In this document: positions 9,290-17,764 of the stretch, one piece after another | How positions within the stretch are numbered: position 1 is the first letter of the stretch | Layout: the number at the start of each line of letters is the position of its first letter | NCBI RefSeq assembly: GCF_900167955.1 | Contig: NZ_FUYK01000001.1 | Coordinates: 51,550 to 79,343, forward strand | Reading direction: 5' to 3' | Length of the DNA stretch: 27,794 bases | Source: Candidatus Nitrosotalea bavarica | GTDB taxonomy: Archaea > Thermoproteota > Nitrososphaeria > Nitrososphaerales > Nitrosopumilaceae | Notes under the pieces: model-generated | The model's input: only the letters and a program-made list of their open reading frames with translations | What the model was told of the DNA's origin: nothing | Database searches by the model: none | Translations under genes and position numbers: made by a program

Positions 9290-9553
9290 CGCAAATAGTA
9301 AGTTTGAGTTGTATTAAGTCATTGTATTTTACCATATATAATCAAAAAGAGAACCCCTTCTCACGCACAAAAACGACGATACAACTAGAATCATAACTAG
9401 TGTGGGATTTATTGGAAATTGTTTAAGATCATTATTCCAGTAATTATTTTTTATTATGGTAAAAGGAAAACAAAATCATTACAACATTAAATTTCTAAAA
9501 GGTTACAGATTATTGATCAGAGAAAAAATTGACAGATATTTTTACGTATTATG

Positions 9554-9946
9554 TTACCTAGATATTATAACTAAATATGCAATAGTGATAACGCCAAATA
9601 CGACAATAACTATGGTTGACAAATAGACAATAGAAGGTCTTGGCACATAAACGCCTGCTTCAATGGCTTTCTGAGTCTTGATATAATTTACTAGCGCATA
9701 AATTATTAACAAAATTCCGAGACCAATCATACTCATACCAAGTATAGTTGATGAGAAGGGATCTGGTAGATTTGACGGGATTGTTTGATTTTTTGTTATG
9801 ATGCCAAATTCTCTAAGAAAGAGACTAAATCTTGCAACAACAAAGCCCAATCCCATGAGAGCAATGCAAGTGCGCAACCATGCAAGAAAAGTACGCTCAT
9901 TAGCAAGATGTTCGTTTGACCGATCAGATCTTTTACTTTCAGACAA
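9554..9946 (-). CDS. DUF202 (YidH-like) membrane protein
   Basis: 130 aa. The signature LANERTFLAWLRT is followed by three TM helices, the typical DUF202 architecture. Confidence 0.85.
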   Translation of the reverse strand: MSESKRSDRSNEHLANERTFLAWLRTCIALMGLGFVVARFSLFLREFGIITKNQTIPSNLPDPFSSTILGMSMIGLGILLIIYALVNYIKTQKAIEAGVYVPRPSIVYLSTIVIVVFGVITIAYLVIISR

Positions 9947-10311
9947 TTGTTTGAATTTAAATATTGTTTACAATATAAGGTTCTAGTTTTGGGATCGTAT
10001 AGACAATATTATACAAATATTATCTTAGCATCAATTGATTTCTGTGCATACAAAAAGTCTGATCCAAACGAATTAGTTGACATAGAGTAAAAATGGTTTA
10101 CCCCGATTGTTCGTGAGGATATGCCGTCATAGTATAGTAAAGTTTTAGATCTAGAATACATACTCAATTTTGATGAGGATCATCCATTTACTAGTGATCA
10201 TGCTTGATTTTAGTAATAAGATTTTACTTAGGAAATGGTGTATGATTATTTGTGGTATCAAAAAATAAGAACACCAAGTCCTATTTTCAAAAAAGATGTC
10301 TATGGACTGAA

Positions 10312-11058
10312 ATGATATCATTCATGCTTTGCCTGTGCCTTTTCCAACCATCTTTGCCGTCATCATACGAATCAACATCATCAATCTATTCCACTATGAC
10401 ATCGAATCCAGAAGGGGTGACAAGTATGACATTAAAAGTTTCTTTGATATTCCCTCAAGATGGTGCTGTGCTAACAAACTTCCCTGCCAATCTTGAGATC
10501 AAGGTAACTCGTGGTGATATGCCTGTGCAAGGAGCTAGAGTCCAATTCTGGATGATGGGAGGCTTGCATGATGCAGAAATGCATAATGCATTTTTAACTG
10601 TGACTGACTCATCAGGTTATGCACATCTTACACTGTTAAATCAAAACACATTAGATCAAGGCCCATACACATGGTATGCCGATGCAATAAAGCCCGGTTT
10701 CAGGGGAGGAGCTTCCAAAGTTATCGTCTTCATCAATCCTTTTGGCAATACCAATGGGATCTCAACCTCTGGTGGTACAGTTTCAACTGACCAAAATGAG
10801 TATTCAATAGTACCAGGGAATGGTGCAAGCATTGTAATTCATGGCAATGTCAATAATTATCACCTAGGTCAACCAATAATTCTCAAAATAAAATCGCCAA
10901 GTGGTAAGACTGCTCAGATAGTAGAATATGGAACATATCTTGGAGCATTTCAAAGTGTCTACAAACTTGGGCAGAATTCTGAACTAGGGAGGTATTCTGT
11001 GACTGTATCTCACAATTATTCCACATCCTCTACAAATGAATTTCATATTGTAAAATAA
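10312..11058 (+). CDS. Hypothetical protein, possibly secreted, with a beta-sandwich-like repeat
   Basis: The ORF is open from a GTG at 10252. The first ATG (10312) gives MISFMLCLCLFQPSL, a weak hydrophobic N-terminus. Segments such as LEIKVTRGDMPVQGARVQFWM...VTDSSGYAHLTL resemble Ig-like/carboxypeptidase-regulatory-like domains. Start and function are uncertain. Confidence 0.5.
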   Translation: MISFMLCLCLFQPSLPSSYESTSSIYSTMTSNPEGVTSMTLKVSLIFPQDGAVLTNFPANLEIKVTRGDMPVQGARVQFWMMGGLHDAEMHNAFLTVTDSSGYAHLTLLNQNTLDQGPYTWYADAIKPGFRGGASKVIVFINPFGNTNGISTSGGTVSTDQNEYSIVPGNGASIVIHGNVNNYHLGQPIILKIKSPSGKTAQIVEYGTYLGAFQSVYKLGQNSELGRYSVTVSHNYSTSSTNEFHIVK

Positions 11059-11088
11059 TCCTGTAGATATTACAAATTTTAGCTCTTT

Positions 11089-11316
11089 CTAGATTACCAT
11101 CAATGTCATTGTAGTCAGAACATTTGGAATCCTTCGTATTTTTGTTGTAATGATGCTTTCAAGTTCCTTTGAATCTTGTGCCTCAACTTTGGCTATAATA
11201 TCATACAGCCCCAAGGTTCCTGTAACTTCTGAAACACCCTTTATTTCCATTAGCTTTCTAATGATTGGATTTTCTTTTCCAGTATCACAATGAATCGCGA
11301 TAAAAGCCTTGTTCAT
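11089..11316 (-). CDS. Stand-alone Lrp/AsnC-type ligand-binding (RAM) domain protein
   Basis: 75 aa: MNKAFIAIHCDTGKENPIIRKLMEIKGVSEVTGTLGLYDIIAKVEAQDSKELESIITTKIRRIPNVLTTMTLMVI. This is the beta-alpha-beta-beta-alpha-beta pattern of the AsnC_trans_reg domain with no DNA-binding HTH. It lies 34 nt downstream of gdh on the same strand. Confidence 0.8.
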   Translation of the reverse strand: MNKAFIAIHCDTGKENPIIRKLMEIKGVSEVTGTLGLYDIIAKVEAQDSKELESIITTKIRRIPNVLTTMTLMVI

Positions 11317-11350
11317 AAAATAATATCGTAATCTTGCGTATTAGGTATTT

Positions 11351-12598
11351 CTACGGCCAGAGGCCTCGTGCCTCAAATGCATCTAGTACTCTGCCAACAG
11401 CAAGCACCATACTTCCCTTTCGCATGTCAACATTGTGTTTCTTTGATAGTGCATATGTATCGTTAAAACCACGAACTATGTGATTTTCCATCTTGCCTGC
11501 AACCTCGTCAAATGTCCAATAGTATCTTTGCAAGTTTTGTACCCATTCTAGATATGAAATACATACACCGCCAGAGTTTGCCAAGATATCTGGAATAACC
11601 ATAATTTTATTTTTGAATAAAATATCATCTGCATCTGGAGTGGTTGGACCGTTTGCGGCTTCAGCAATTATCTTACATTTGATTTTTCTTGCAACTTGTG
11701 GTGTGATTTGATTTTCAAGTGCTGCTGGTACTAGGACATCACATGGAGTAGTAAGAAGTTCTTCTGTTGATACCTTTTTGCTTCCAGGATATCCAACAAC
11801 ACTTCCATGTTTATTTTTGTATTCCAAAACCTTCTTTGGGTCAAGTCCCTTTAGATTAATTATAGAACCTTTGGAGTCACTTACTCCGATTATCTTTGCA
11901 CCTAACTTTTCAATATATTCTGCTGAATATGTTCCAGCATTACCAAAACCTTGTATGACAACTCTTGCACCTTTGAGCTTTAATCCAATCTTCTTTGCAC
12001 CTTCTCGTACACAATAAGAAACACCAAGACCTGTAGCTACGTTTCTTGCAAGAGAACCTCCTACTGAGAGTGGTTTTCCTGTGATAACAGCTGGTTCTCC
12101 TTGTCCGTGCATTACACTATAAACATCCATTATCTGTGCCATCTCTTTTCCGGTAGTATACACATCAGGAGCTGGGACGTCTTTTCCTGGTCCGATTATC
12201 TCAGATATTGCATATGCATATCTTCTTGTCATTCTCTCTTTTTCTCCTGCTGAGAGTCTCTTTGGATCACAGATGATTCCTCCTTTACCTCCACCAAATG
12301 GAACATCAACAATTGCACATTTCCAAGTCATCCACATGGATAGTGCTTTTACTTCTTCGATTGTAACATCTGGGTGATATCTGATCCCTCCCTTGTGTGG
12401 TCCTCTAAAATCATTATGTTGTGATCTATAACCTGTGAATACCTTGATTCTACCATCATCCATCTTTACTGGTAGTGAAACTGTTAGAATTTTTTTAGGA
12501 TTTGCAAGTATCTCATGAACACCAGCGTCAAGTTTGAGAATTTTTGCAGCGTCTGCAAGTTGCTTGAGTGCATTTTGCCAAGGATCGATTTTAGTCAA
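11351..12598 (-). CDS. gdhA: Glutamate dehydrogenase (Glu/Leu/Phe/Val dehydrogenase family)
   Basis: 415 aa with the catalytic Lys loop VPFGGGKGGI, HKGGIRYHP, and the dinucleotide-binding GFGNAGTY. Apparent TTG start (ttg act aaa atc = MTKI). Confidence 0.95.
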   Translation of the reverse strand: MTKIDPWQNALKQLADAAKILKLDAGVHEILANPKKILTVSLPVKMDDGRIKVFTGYRSQHNDFRGPHKGGIRYHPDVTIEEVKALSMWMTWKCAIVDVPFGGGKGGIICDPKRLSAGEKERMTRRYAYAISEIIGPGKDVPAPDVYTTGKEMAQIMDVYSVMHGQGEPAVITGKPLSVGGSLARNVATGLGVSYCVREGAKKIGLKLKGARVVIQGFGNAGTYSAEYIEKLGAKIIGVSDSKGSIINLKGLDPKKVLEYKNKHGSVVGYPGSKKVSTEELLTTPCDVLVPAALENQITPQVARKIKCKIIAEAANGPTTPDADDILFKNKIMVIPDILANSGGVCISYLEWVQNLQRYYWTFDEVAGKMENHIVRGFNDTYALSKKHNVDMRKGSMVLAVGRVLDAFEARGLWP

Positions 12599-12651
12599 TC
12601 TTTACCGATATGTCTGAACGGTATATTGTATTTAAATTTGTTGAGGATTAC

Positions 12652-13008
12652 TCACTGCTTTGATGTGTTATCCTGATCGGGCTTTGCAGATCCGCCAAGT
12701 TTTGCGTTTACCAAGTTACGTAGATCATCATCTGTTTTACCTTCAGTGTCAACTCCCAAGGATTTGGCAAGTGTATCTAGTTTTTGTCTCTCGGACATGA
12801 CAGGACCTGAGACATTGATGTTAAATTCCCCCCTAGCTTTTTTAATTTCTTCCTGGACCATGTTTTTTGTTTTATCATACTGGGCCATAATTCTTGCAAG
12901 TTTTTTTGTTGCATCTGGTAGTCGTTTTGTTCCAAGTAACAAAGCCAATACTACAATTGCAATCATAATCCAATCATTGCCTATTATATTCAGTGAAAAA
13001 TCAAACAT
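12652..13008 (-). CDS. tatA: TatA/TatE-like Sec-independent translocase component
   Basis: 118 aa. An N-terminal TM helix is followed by the hinge and amphipathic helix: IMIAIVVLALLLGTKRLPDATKKLARIMAQYDK (compare llFGpkKLPelgr.lGk.i.eFk). The C-terminal tail is long and charged. Confidence 0.65.
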   Translation of the reverse strand: MFDFSLNIIGNDWIMIAIVVLALLLGTKRLPDATKKLARIMAQYDKTKNMVQEEIKKARGEFNINVSGPVMSERQKLDTLAKSLGVDTEGKTDDDLRNLVNAKLGGSAKPDQDNTSKQ

Positions 13009-13041
13009 GAATTCATCAAACCTGTTTCTAAAATTAAAGCT

Positions 13042-14178
13042 TTAGACCAGAACGACTTCTTTTTTCTTGAAAAAAACAAATCCCAAGACAAATAGTCCAC
13101 TAATAGATAAAATAAGATACGGAAGGGAGCTACCAAATGAATTGGCAATTATACCTATAATAAGAGGTCCAAAGGCCCACCCTATTCCAAAGGTTGCCTC
13201 ATATGCACCAATTAATGCTCCTGCATTTTCTTTTGCCCTTCTCATTATAATCTCAAATGTTAGTGGGAAGTACACACTAAATCCAAATCCAAGTAAGAGT
13301 ACCGCTATGCTAAACTCCACCATAGAATGAGAGTAAAACAGCATCAGCATTCCTCCAGATATTGATAAAATAACTAGCAGTAAACTAGCAAGAAATTTTT
13401 TCATTAAAAAGTTAGATACAAATAATGAAACAAGCCGAGAAATTCCAAAGACAAAGAAGAGTAGCTCAATGTTGGATTCCGAGATCTTTCTCTCACTCAT
13501 ATACGCAGGAATTATTGCCAAAAAGACACCAAAACTTACACTACAAAATAATAAAATGGCAATCACTGCTGGAAATTTTATCAAATGTTTTGCAGATGCA
13601 ATGGATATGATTCCAGTGCGAGGTGTCTTGCCACTTTGTGATAGCACGAGTGAAAAGACTAGCGAAGTTGCAATTGAAAATGCAGCAATCTGGAAAATTA
13701 TTCTATATGAAACATCAAAGTGTTCAATCAGGAATGAACCAACCAGAGGTCCAATCATAAGACCCGCAACAAAAAATGCCATGAATTGAGATATTGCCTT
13801 GACTCTATTTTGGGGAGTAGTAGATTGCGATATTATTGATTCACATGGAGGCCAGAAAAATGAATGTGCAACTCCAACTAGGGTTCTAAATATTATAACT
13901 TGGGGTACAGAGTCTGCTGCAGATAGTAAGTAGATGGATATTGTATCAATAACTAATCCCAGAGAAAGAAGAAGGCCCTTGTTGAATCTGTCAAGTAATA
14001 ATCCTACAAAGAGCGGAATGAACATGTAAGGAATAAAATTTGAAAATCCAATTACTCCAAGGTCAAAGTACGATGCGCCAAGATCTTTAGAAAATAATGG
14101 AACCACTGGATTATGCATTCCGTATGAAAATCCAACAATTAGCGCTATGATATAGACAAGAATTACTTTTCTGTTCAT
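13042..14178 (-). CDS. MFS transporter
   Basis: 378 aa with about 11-12 TM helices in two halves. An MFS loop 2-3-like motif (GLLLDRFNKG) is present. The ATG lies 2 nt after the ubiE-like stop, suggesting an operon. Confidence 0.85.
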   Translation of the reverse strand: MNRKVILVYIIALIVGFSYGMHNPVVPLFSKDLGASYFDLGVIGFSNFIPYMFIPLFVGLLLDRFNKGLLLSLGLVIDTISIYLLSAADSVPQVIIFRTLVGVAHSFFWPPCESIISQSTTPQNRVKAISQFMAFFVAGLMIGPLVGSFLIEHFDVSYRIIFQIAAFSIATSLVFSLVLSQSGKTPRTGIISIASAKHLIKFPAVIAILLFCSVSFGVFLAIIPAYMSERKISESNIELLFFVFGISRLVSLFVSNFLMKKFLASLLLVILSISGGMLMLFYSHSMVEFSIAVLLLGFGFSVYFPLTFEIIMRRAKENAGALIGAYEATFGIGWAFGPLIIGIIANSFGSSLPYLILSISGLFVLGFVFFKKKEVVLV

Positions 14179-14180
14179 CT

Positions 14181-14870
14181 TTACTTGAATGCCGCAACCA
14201 TAATTGCGCCCCCAAGCATTCCTTTCTCAAATTCCACACGTGAGAATCTTTCAAGAAGGAGTGACTCGAGTTTTTTATTCTGAGGCCAGAGTTTGTAGGT
14301 GCCATATAGAGTAGCAAACTTGAGGCCAAGTCTTCCTCCACCAATGACTGCCAATATAGGAAGTATTGCTCGGAGATAAAATGACACCCCTACTCTGATT
14401 ATTGGATTATCAGGCTTGCCAAGATCAACAATAACAAATCTTCCACCTTTTTTTAATACGCGATGTATTTCAGATATTGCGATTCTGAGGTTAATTGCAT
14501 CTCTAAGTGAGTAGCCTGCAAGTACTACATCAAACTGTTCGTCACGAAATGGAATGTGTTCAAAGACTCCACATGTTAGTTTGGGAGCTATAGAAAATAA
14601 TCGACTAGTATTTTTTAGCATTGGTCTTAATGGATCATACAAAGTTATATCCAGATTACCAGAACAGATCTTGGATGCTGTCTTTGACATGTTTCCAAAA
14701 CCGGAACCGGCATCAAGTATATGATCTCCCTGATTTACTCTTCCCTTGATTCCGCGTTGACGAAACTCTGAATCCCTTCCAAGTGAAATCAAAGAATTAA
14801 CTTTATCATAGACAGGAATTATTTTCTCCAAGACATCGAGGACTTCACCCCAATAACTTCCAAGGCCCAC
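14181..14870 (-). CDS. ubiE: Class I SAM-dependent methyltransferase, UbiE/MenG (demethylmenaquinone methyltransferase) family
   Basis: 229 aa. It has the UbiE/COQ5-type N-terminal block YDKVNSLISLGRDSEFRQRG and SAM-binding motif I ILDAGSGFGNMS, plus post-I/II blocks (DVVLAGYSLRD, LKKGGRFVIVD). GTG start. Confidence 0.85.
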   Translation of the reverse strand: MGLGSYWGEVLDVLEKIIPVYDKVNSLISLGRDSEFRQRGIKGRVNQGDHILDAGSGFGNMSKTASKICSGNLDITLYDPLRPMLKNTSRLFSIAPKLTCGVFEHIPFRDEQFDVVLAGYSLRDAINLRIAISEIHRVLKKGGRFVIVDLGKPDNPIIRVGVSFYLRAILPILAVIGGGRLGLKFATLYGTYKLWPQNKKLESLLLERFSRVEFEKGMLGGAIMVAAFK

Positions 14871-14976
14871 ATCAGACTAGAAATGGTACGACATTATATG
14901 TCATCAGGGTTTTGACATATGTTACACTCAAAGGTTTTACCAAAAATTAAATCAGCCACAATCTTTCTCTGGACTA

Positions 14977-17487
14977 GTGTACTATTGTCCCAAGTGTAAA
15001 TCAAAGATAGACGTACAACGTACTTTTAATCAAAAAATACATTTTGGATGTCCCAAGTGTAAGATCGAAGACATCATAGATTCTAAAAAGAATTTGGATG
15101 AGGCATTTTTAGAATTTTTAATAAAATTTGACAATGACGAGCTACCAGCTAGTGATAAATCTGGAACAACTCTGGAAAAAGAAGGAATTTTGCAGACAGA
15201 AGATGAGATAAACAAAATGATAGGCAGTTCCAAGATTGCAGAAATTACAAGGTCTATTTTGTTCTCAAAGAGGCACTATGTCTCACACTTTAAGGTAATT
15301 GAAGAGCCCGACCCTGAGATGGGCTCTACTGTGACAGATTCAGGTCTTGACCAACGAATAGTTGAGGCATTGGAATCAAAAGGAATAGAGAGATTCTACA
15401 AATTCCAGGAAGAGGCTATACACCATATTGTTTCTGGCGATAATGTTGTAATTACTGCCCCCACTGCATCAGGAAAGACAGAGGCCTTTGTAGTACCAAT
15501 CATAGAAAGAATAAGCAATTCAAAAAGTTCCATCTCAGCAATACAAGCAATTTTTGTTTATCCAACCAAGTCTCTTTCACGAGACCAATATCCAAAGATT
15601 AAAGAAATTGCAGACAAGCTTGATATCAAATGTGCAGTATTTGACGGGGACACCAAACAAATAGAGCGAACTGAAATTCTTGCCAGTCCACCTCAAGTAA
15701 TAATAACAAACTTTGATGTGCTACACTATCACCTATGGCACAGAACTAGATTTGCTTCTTTGTTTAGTACAACAAGATTTCTTGCAGTCGATGAAGCTCA
15801 TGTCTACTCTGGAATTTTTGGCTCCAATGTTCATTATATCATAAAACGATTAAAAAGGATTGCACCAAGACTACAGATAATTGCAGCATCTGCAACTTTG
15901 GATAACGCGTTATCATTTTGCCAGATGTTGTTTGGAGTAAAGATGGTCCAGGTTTCCGGCTCTGGCAAAAAAGGCAAGATAGAATTTTCAATGCTCTTTC
16001 CTTCGTTGATGACACAACGTGCACTGATGATTGATATTCTAAAAAAATTGACAGCAAAACAACACAAGACTTTGGTCTTTTCAAACTCACATCTAAATTC
16101 CGAACTTTTGGCACTTCAGGCAAGAAGACAAAAAGTCGACATCAAGGTTCATCGGGCAGGCCTTATGGCAAATTATAGAAGATCAGTTGAGAACTTGTTC
16201 AAGACTGACAAGTTACTTGCAATATCTGCCACACCTACACTTGAACTTGGAATTGATGTAGGAAATGTCGATGGGGTGATATCATCTACCATACCAGTCA
16301 ATAGACTCACGCAGAGAATAGGCAGGGCTGCAAGAAAAGGCCAAGGAGGATACGCATTCCTAGTGCTTGGCAACGACCCAATCTCGCAATATTACAAGAA
16401 CCATCCAGGAGATTATTTTGAGGATGTAGAACAAATCTACATTGATCCAAAAAATCCCTTTGTTGAAGAGTTTCAGGTTATTGCAATGGCGTGTGACAAA
16501 CCAATTGCAAAACACGAATTGCCTGAACATAAAGAGGTTATCGAAAGACATGTTGGCTCAGGCAATCTAGTTCTAATTGAAAATAGATATGTTCCAAATT
16601 ATGATCAGATAAAATCTATTTTAGAAGATTATAGCATAAGAGGAATAGGAAGATCAATTGACATATTTCTAAATGGTAAAAAAGTTGGAGACCGAGTATT
16701 ACCAATTGCATTAGAAGAGCTTCATCCACAAGCGGTTTACTTTTTGGCTGGTACTAGATATCAAGTCAAAGAAATAGGGTACCCAGAAAAGATGACTGCA
16801 AAATTGGAATACCTTCCAAAGAATTATCCATACTATACAAAGTCTTTAACAGAAGAATGGCCAACCATTGAAACAATTTTTGAGAAAAGATTTGCAAATG
16901 GAATCGAAGTTGCATTTTGTAAATTACATATTCAAAAAAGAGTGTACGGCTATGTCAACTTGGAGCTGGGTCAAGAGGCAGCACAAGGTCAAAAGATAAT
17001 TTTAGAAAAACCACTTGATTATGATTTTGTTACAAAGGGAATTGTCTTCAAGGCACCAAGACCACTAGATGAAATAAGTAAAACAGAGAATGAAGAATAT
17101 GTAGAAGCTAGCGGATATCATGCCACAGAGCATGTAGTAATTGAAGGAAGTAATATGATAACAGGCGGGGTATCACAGGACCTAGGCGGCATTTCTCTTG
17201 GAACATCAGGCCTTGTCTTTGTTTATGATTCTGCCATAGGAGGAAATGGTGCAAGTAGAGCACTATTTGATAGGCTTGAGAAGGCCTTTGAGCGTAGTTT
17301 GAATATAGTATCAGAGTGTCCATGCCAAAGCGAATCTGGCTGTCCTCGCTGTACCTTCTCTTACAGATGTGGTAACAATAATGAATACCTACACAAGCTT
17401 TCGGCAAAAGAGATTCTCCAGAGAATTACAGATGGTGAAAAAACAGAGATTACAGAACCTGTCGAGGGGGATAAACCTCTAGTCTAG
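14977..17487 (+). CDS. DEAH-box superfamily-2 helicase with N-terminal zinc ribbon and C-terminal DUF1998 zinc module (MrfA/YprA/Hrq1-like)
   Basis: 836 aa. N-terminal paired CxxC (YYCPKCKSK...FGCPKCK). Helicase motifs I TAPTASGKTEAF, II VDEAHVYSG, III AASATL and VI QRIGRAARKG. C-terminal 4-Cys DUF1998 signature CPCQSESGCPRCTFSYRCGNNNEYL. GTG start. Confidence 0.9.
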   Translation: MYYCPKCKSKIDVQRTFNQKIHFGCPKCKIEDIIDSKKNLDEAFLEFLIKFDNDELPASDKSGTTLEKEGILQTEDEINKMIGSSKIAEITRSILFSKRHYVSHFKVIEEPDPEMGSTVTDSGLDQRIVEALESKGIERFYKFQEEAIHHIVSGDNVVITAPTASGKTEAFVVPIIERISNSKSSISAIQAIFVYPTKSLSRDQYPKIKEIADKLDIKCAVFDGDTKQIERTEILASPPQVIITNFDVLHYHLWHRTRFASLFSTTRFLAVDEAHVYSGIFGSNVHYIIKRLKRIAPRLQIIAASATLDNALSFCQMLFGVKMVQVSGSGKKGKIEFSMLFPSLMTQRALMIDILKKLTAKQHKTLVFSNSHLNSELLALQARRQKVDIKVHRAGLMANYRRSVENLFKTDKLLAISATPTLELGIDVGNVDGVISSTIPVNRLTQRIGRAARKGQGGYAFLVLGNDPISQYYKNHPGDYFEDVEQIYIDPKNPFVEEFQVIAMACDKPIAKHELPEHKEVIERHVGSGNLVLIENRYVPNYDQIKSILEDYSIRGIGRSIDIFLNGKKVGDRVLPIALEELHPQAVYFLAGTRYQVKEIGYPEKMTAKLEYLPKNYPYYTKSLTEEWPTIETIFEKRFANGIEVAFCKLHIQKRVYGYVNLELGQEAAQGQKIILEKPLDYDFVTKGIVFKAPRPLDEISKTENEEYVEASGYHATEHVVIEGSNMITGGVSQDLGGISLGTSGLVFVYDSAIGGNGASRALFDRLEKAFERSLNIVSECPCQSESGCPRCTFSYRCGNNNEYLHKLSAKEILQRITDGEKTEITEPVEGDKPLV

Positions 17488-17764
17488 AAAATAGTCTTTC
17501 GTCAAAAATATGGCATCATCATCATTATCTTGATTACTCATCTACTAAAATCAGGATTTGTATTATTTCAAGACTTTCCAACAAATCATAACCGTTCCGT
17601 ATTACGTAGTCAGATTCAGTTTTTACTCACAAAGGACAGGCTTTGCCTTTTTGTTAATAAAGAGTAAAAATAGAATCCCCCTCCAAGAACGAAATTGTGA
17701 GTGCATCTACAAGTTAACTGAGATGTCGGTTTGTTGGGAATTATTTGTAACACGTGTATTTTTC

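Noticed and set aside
9157-9396. 79-aa + strand ORF (MYLVWLYLFVAVFLVKICFSYFLCK...)
   Set aside because: It is low-complexity sequence rich in Leu/Phe/Cys/Gln, typical of the antisense of a TM helix and AT-rich spacer. The minus strand carries a much more protein-like small ORF.
9456-9608. Roughly 50-codon + strand ORF starting MVKGKQNHYNIKF
   Set aside because: It runs antisense into the well-supported DUF202 gene and has no supporting motif or promoter-like element.
10252-10311. GTG-initiated N-terminal extension of the 10252-11058 ORF
   Set aside because: The extension is Lys/Asn-rich (MVSKNKNTKSYFQKRCLWTE) and looks like AT-rich leader sequence, so I preferred the first ATG. The true start remains uncertain.
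14977-17487. The helicase-DUF1998 gene as part of a DISARM-type defence island
   Set aside because: No adjacent methyltransferase, PLD nuclease or separate DrmB gene is present. The flanking genes are housekeeping (ubiE on one side, a histidine kinase on the other).
17510-17530. Possible C/D-box sRNA: ATGATGA (C-box-like) on the minus strand within tcatcatcatcat
   Set aside because: There is no CUGA D box or D'/C' pair at the required 50-60 nt spacing on that strand. The repeat is more simply an (ATG/CAT)n run.
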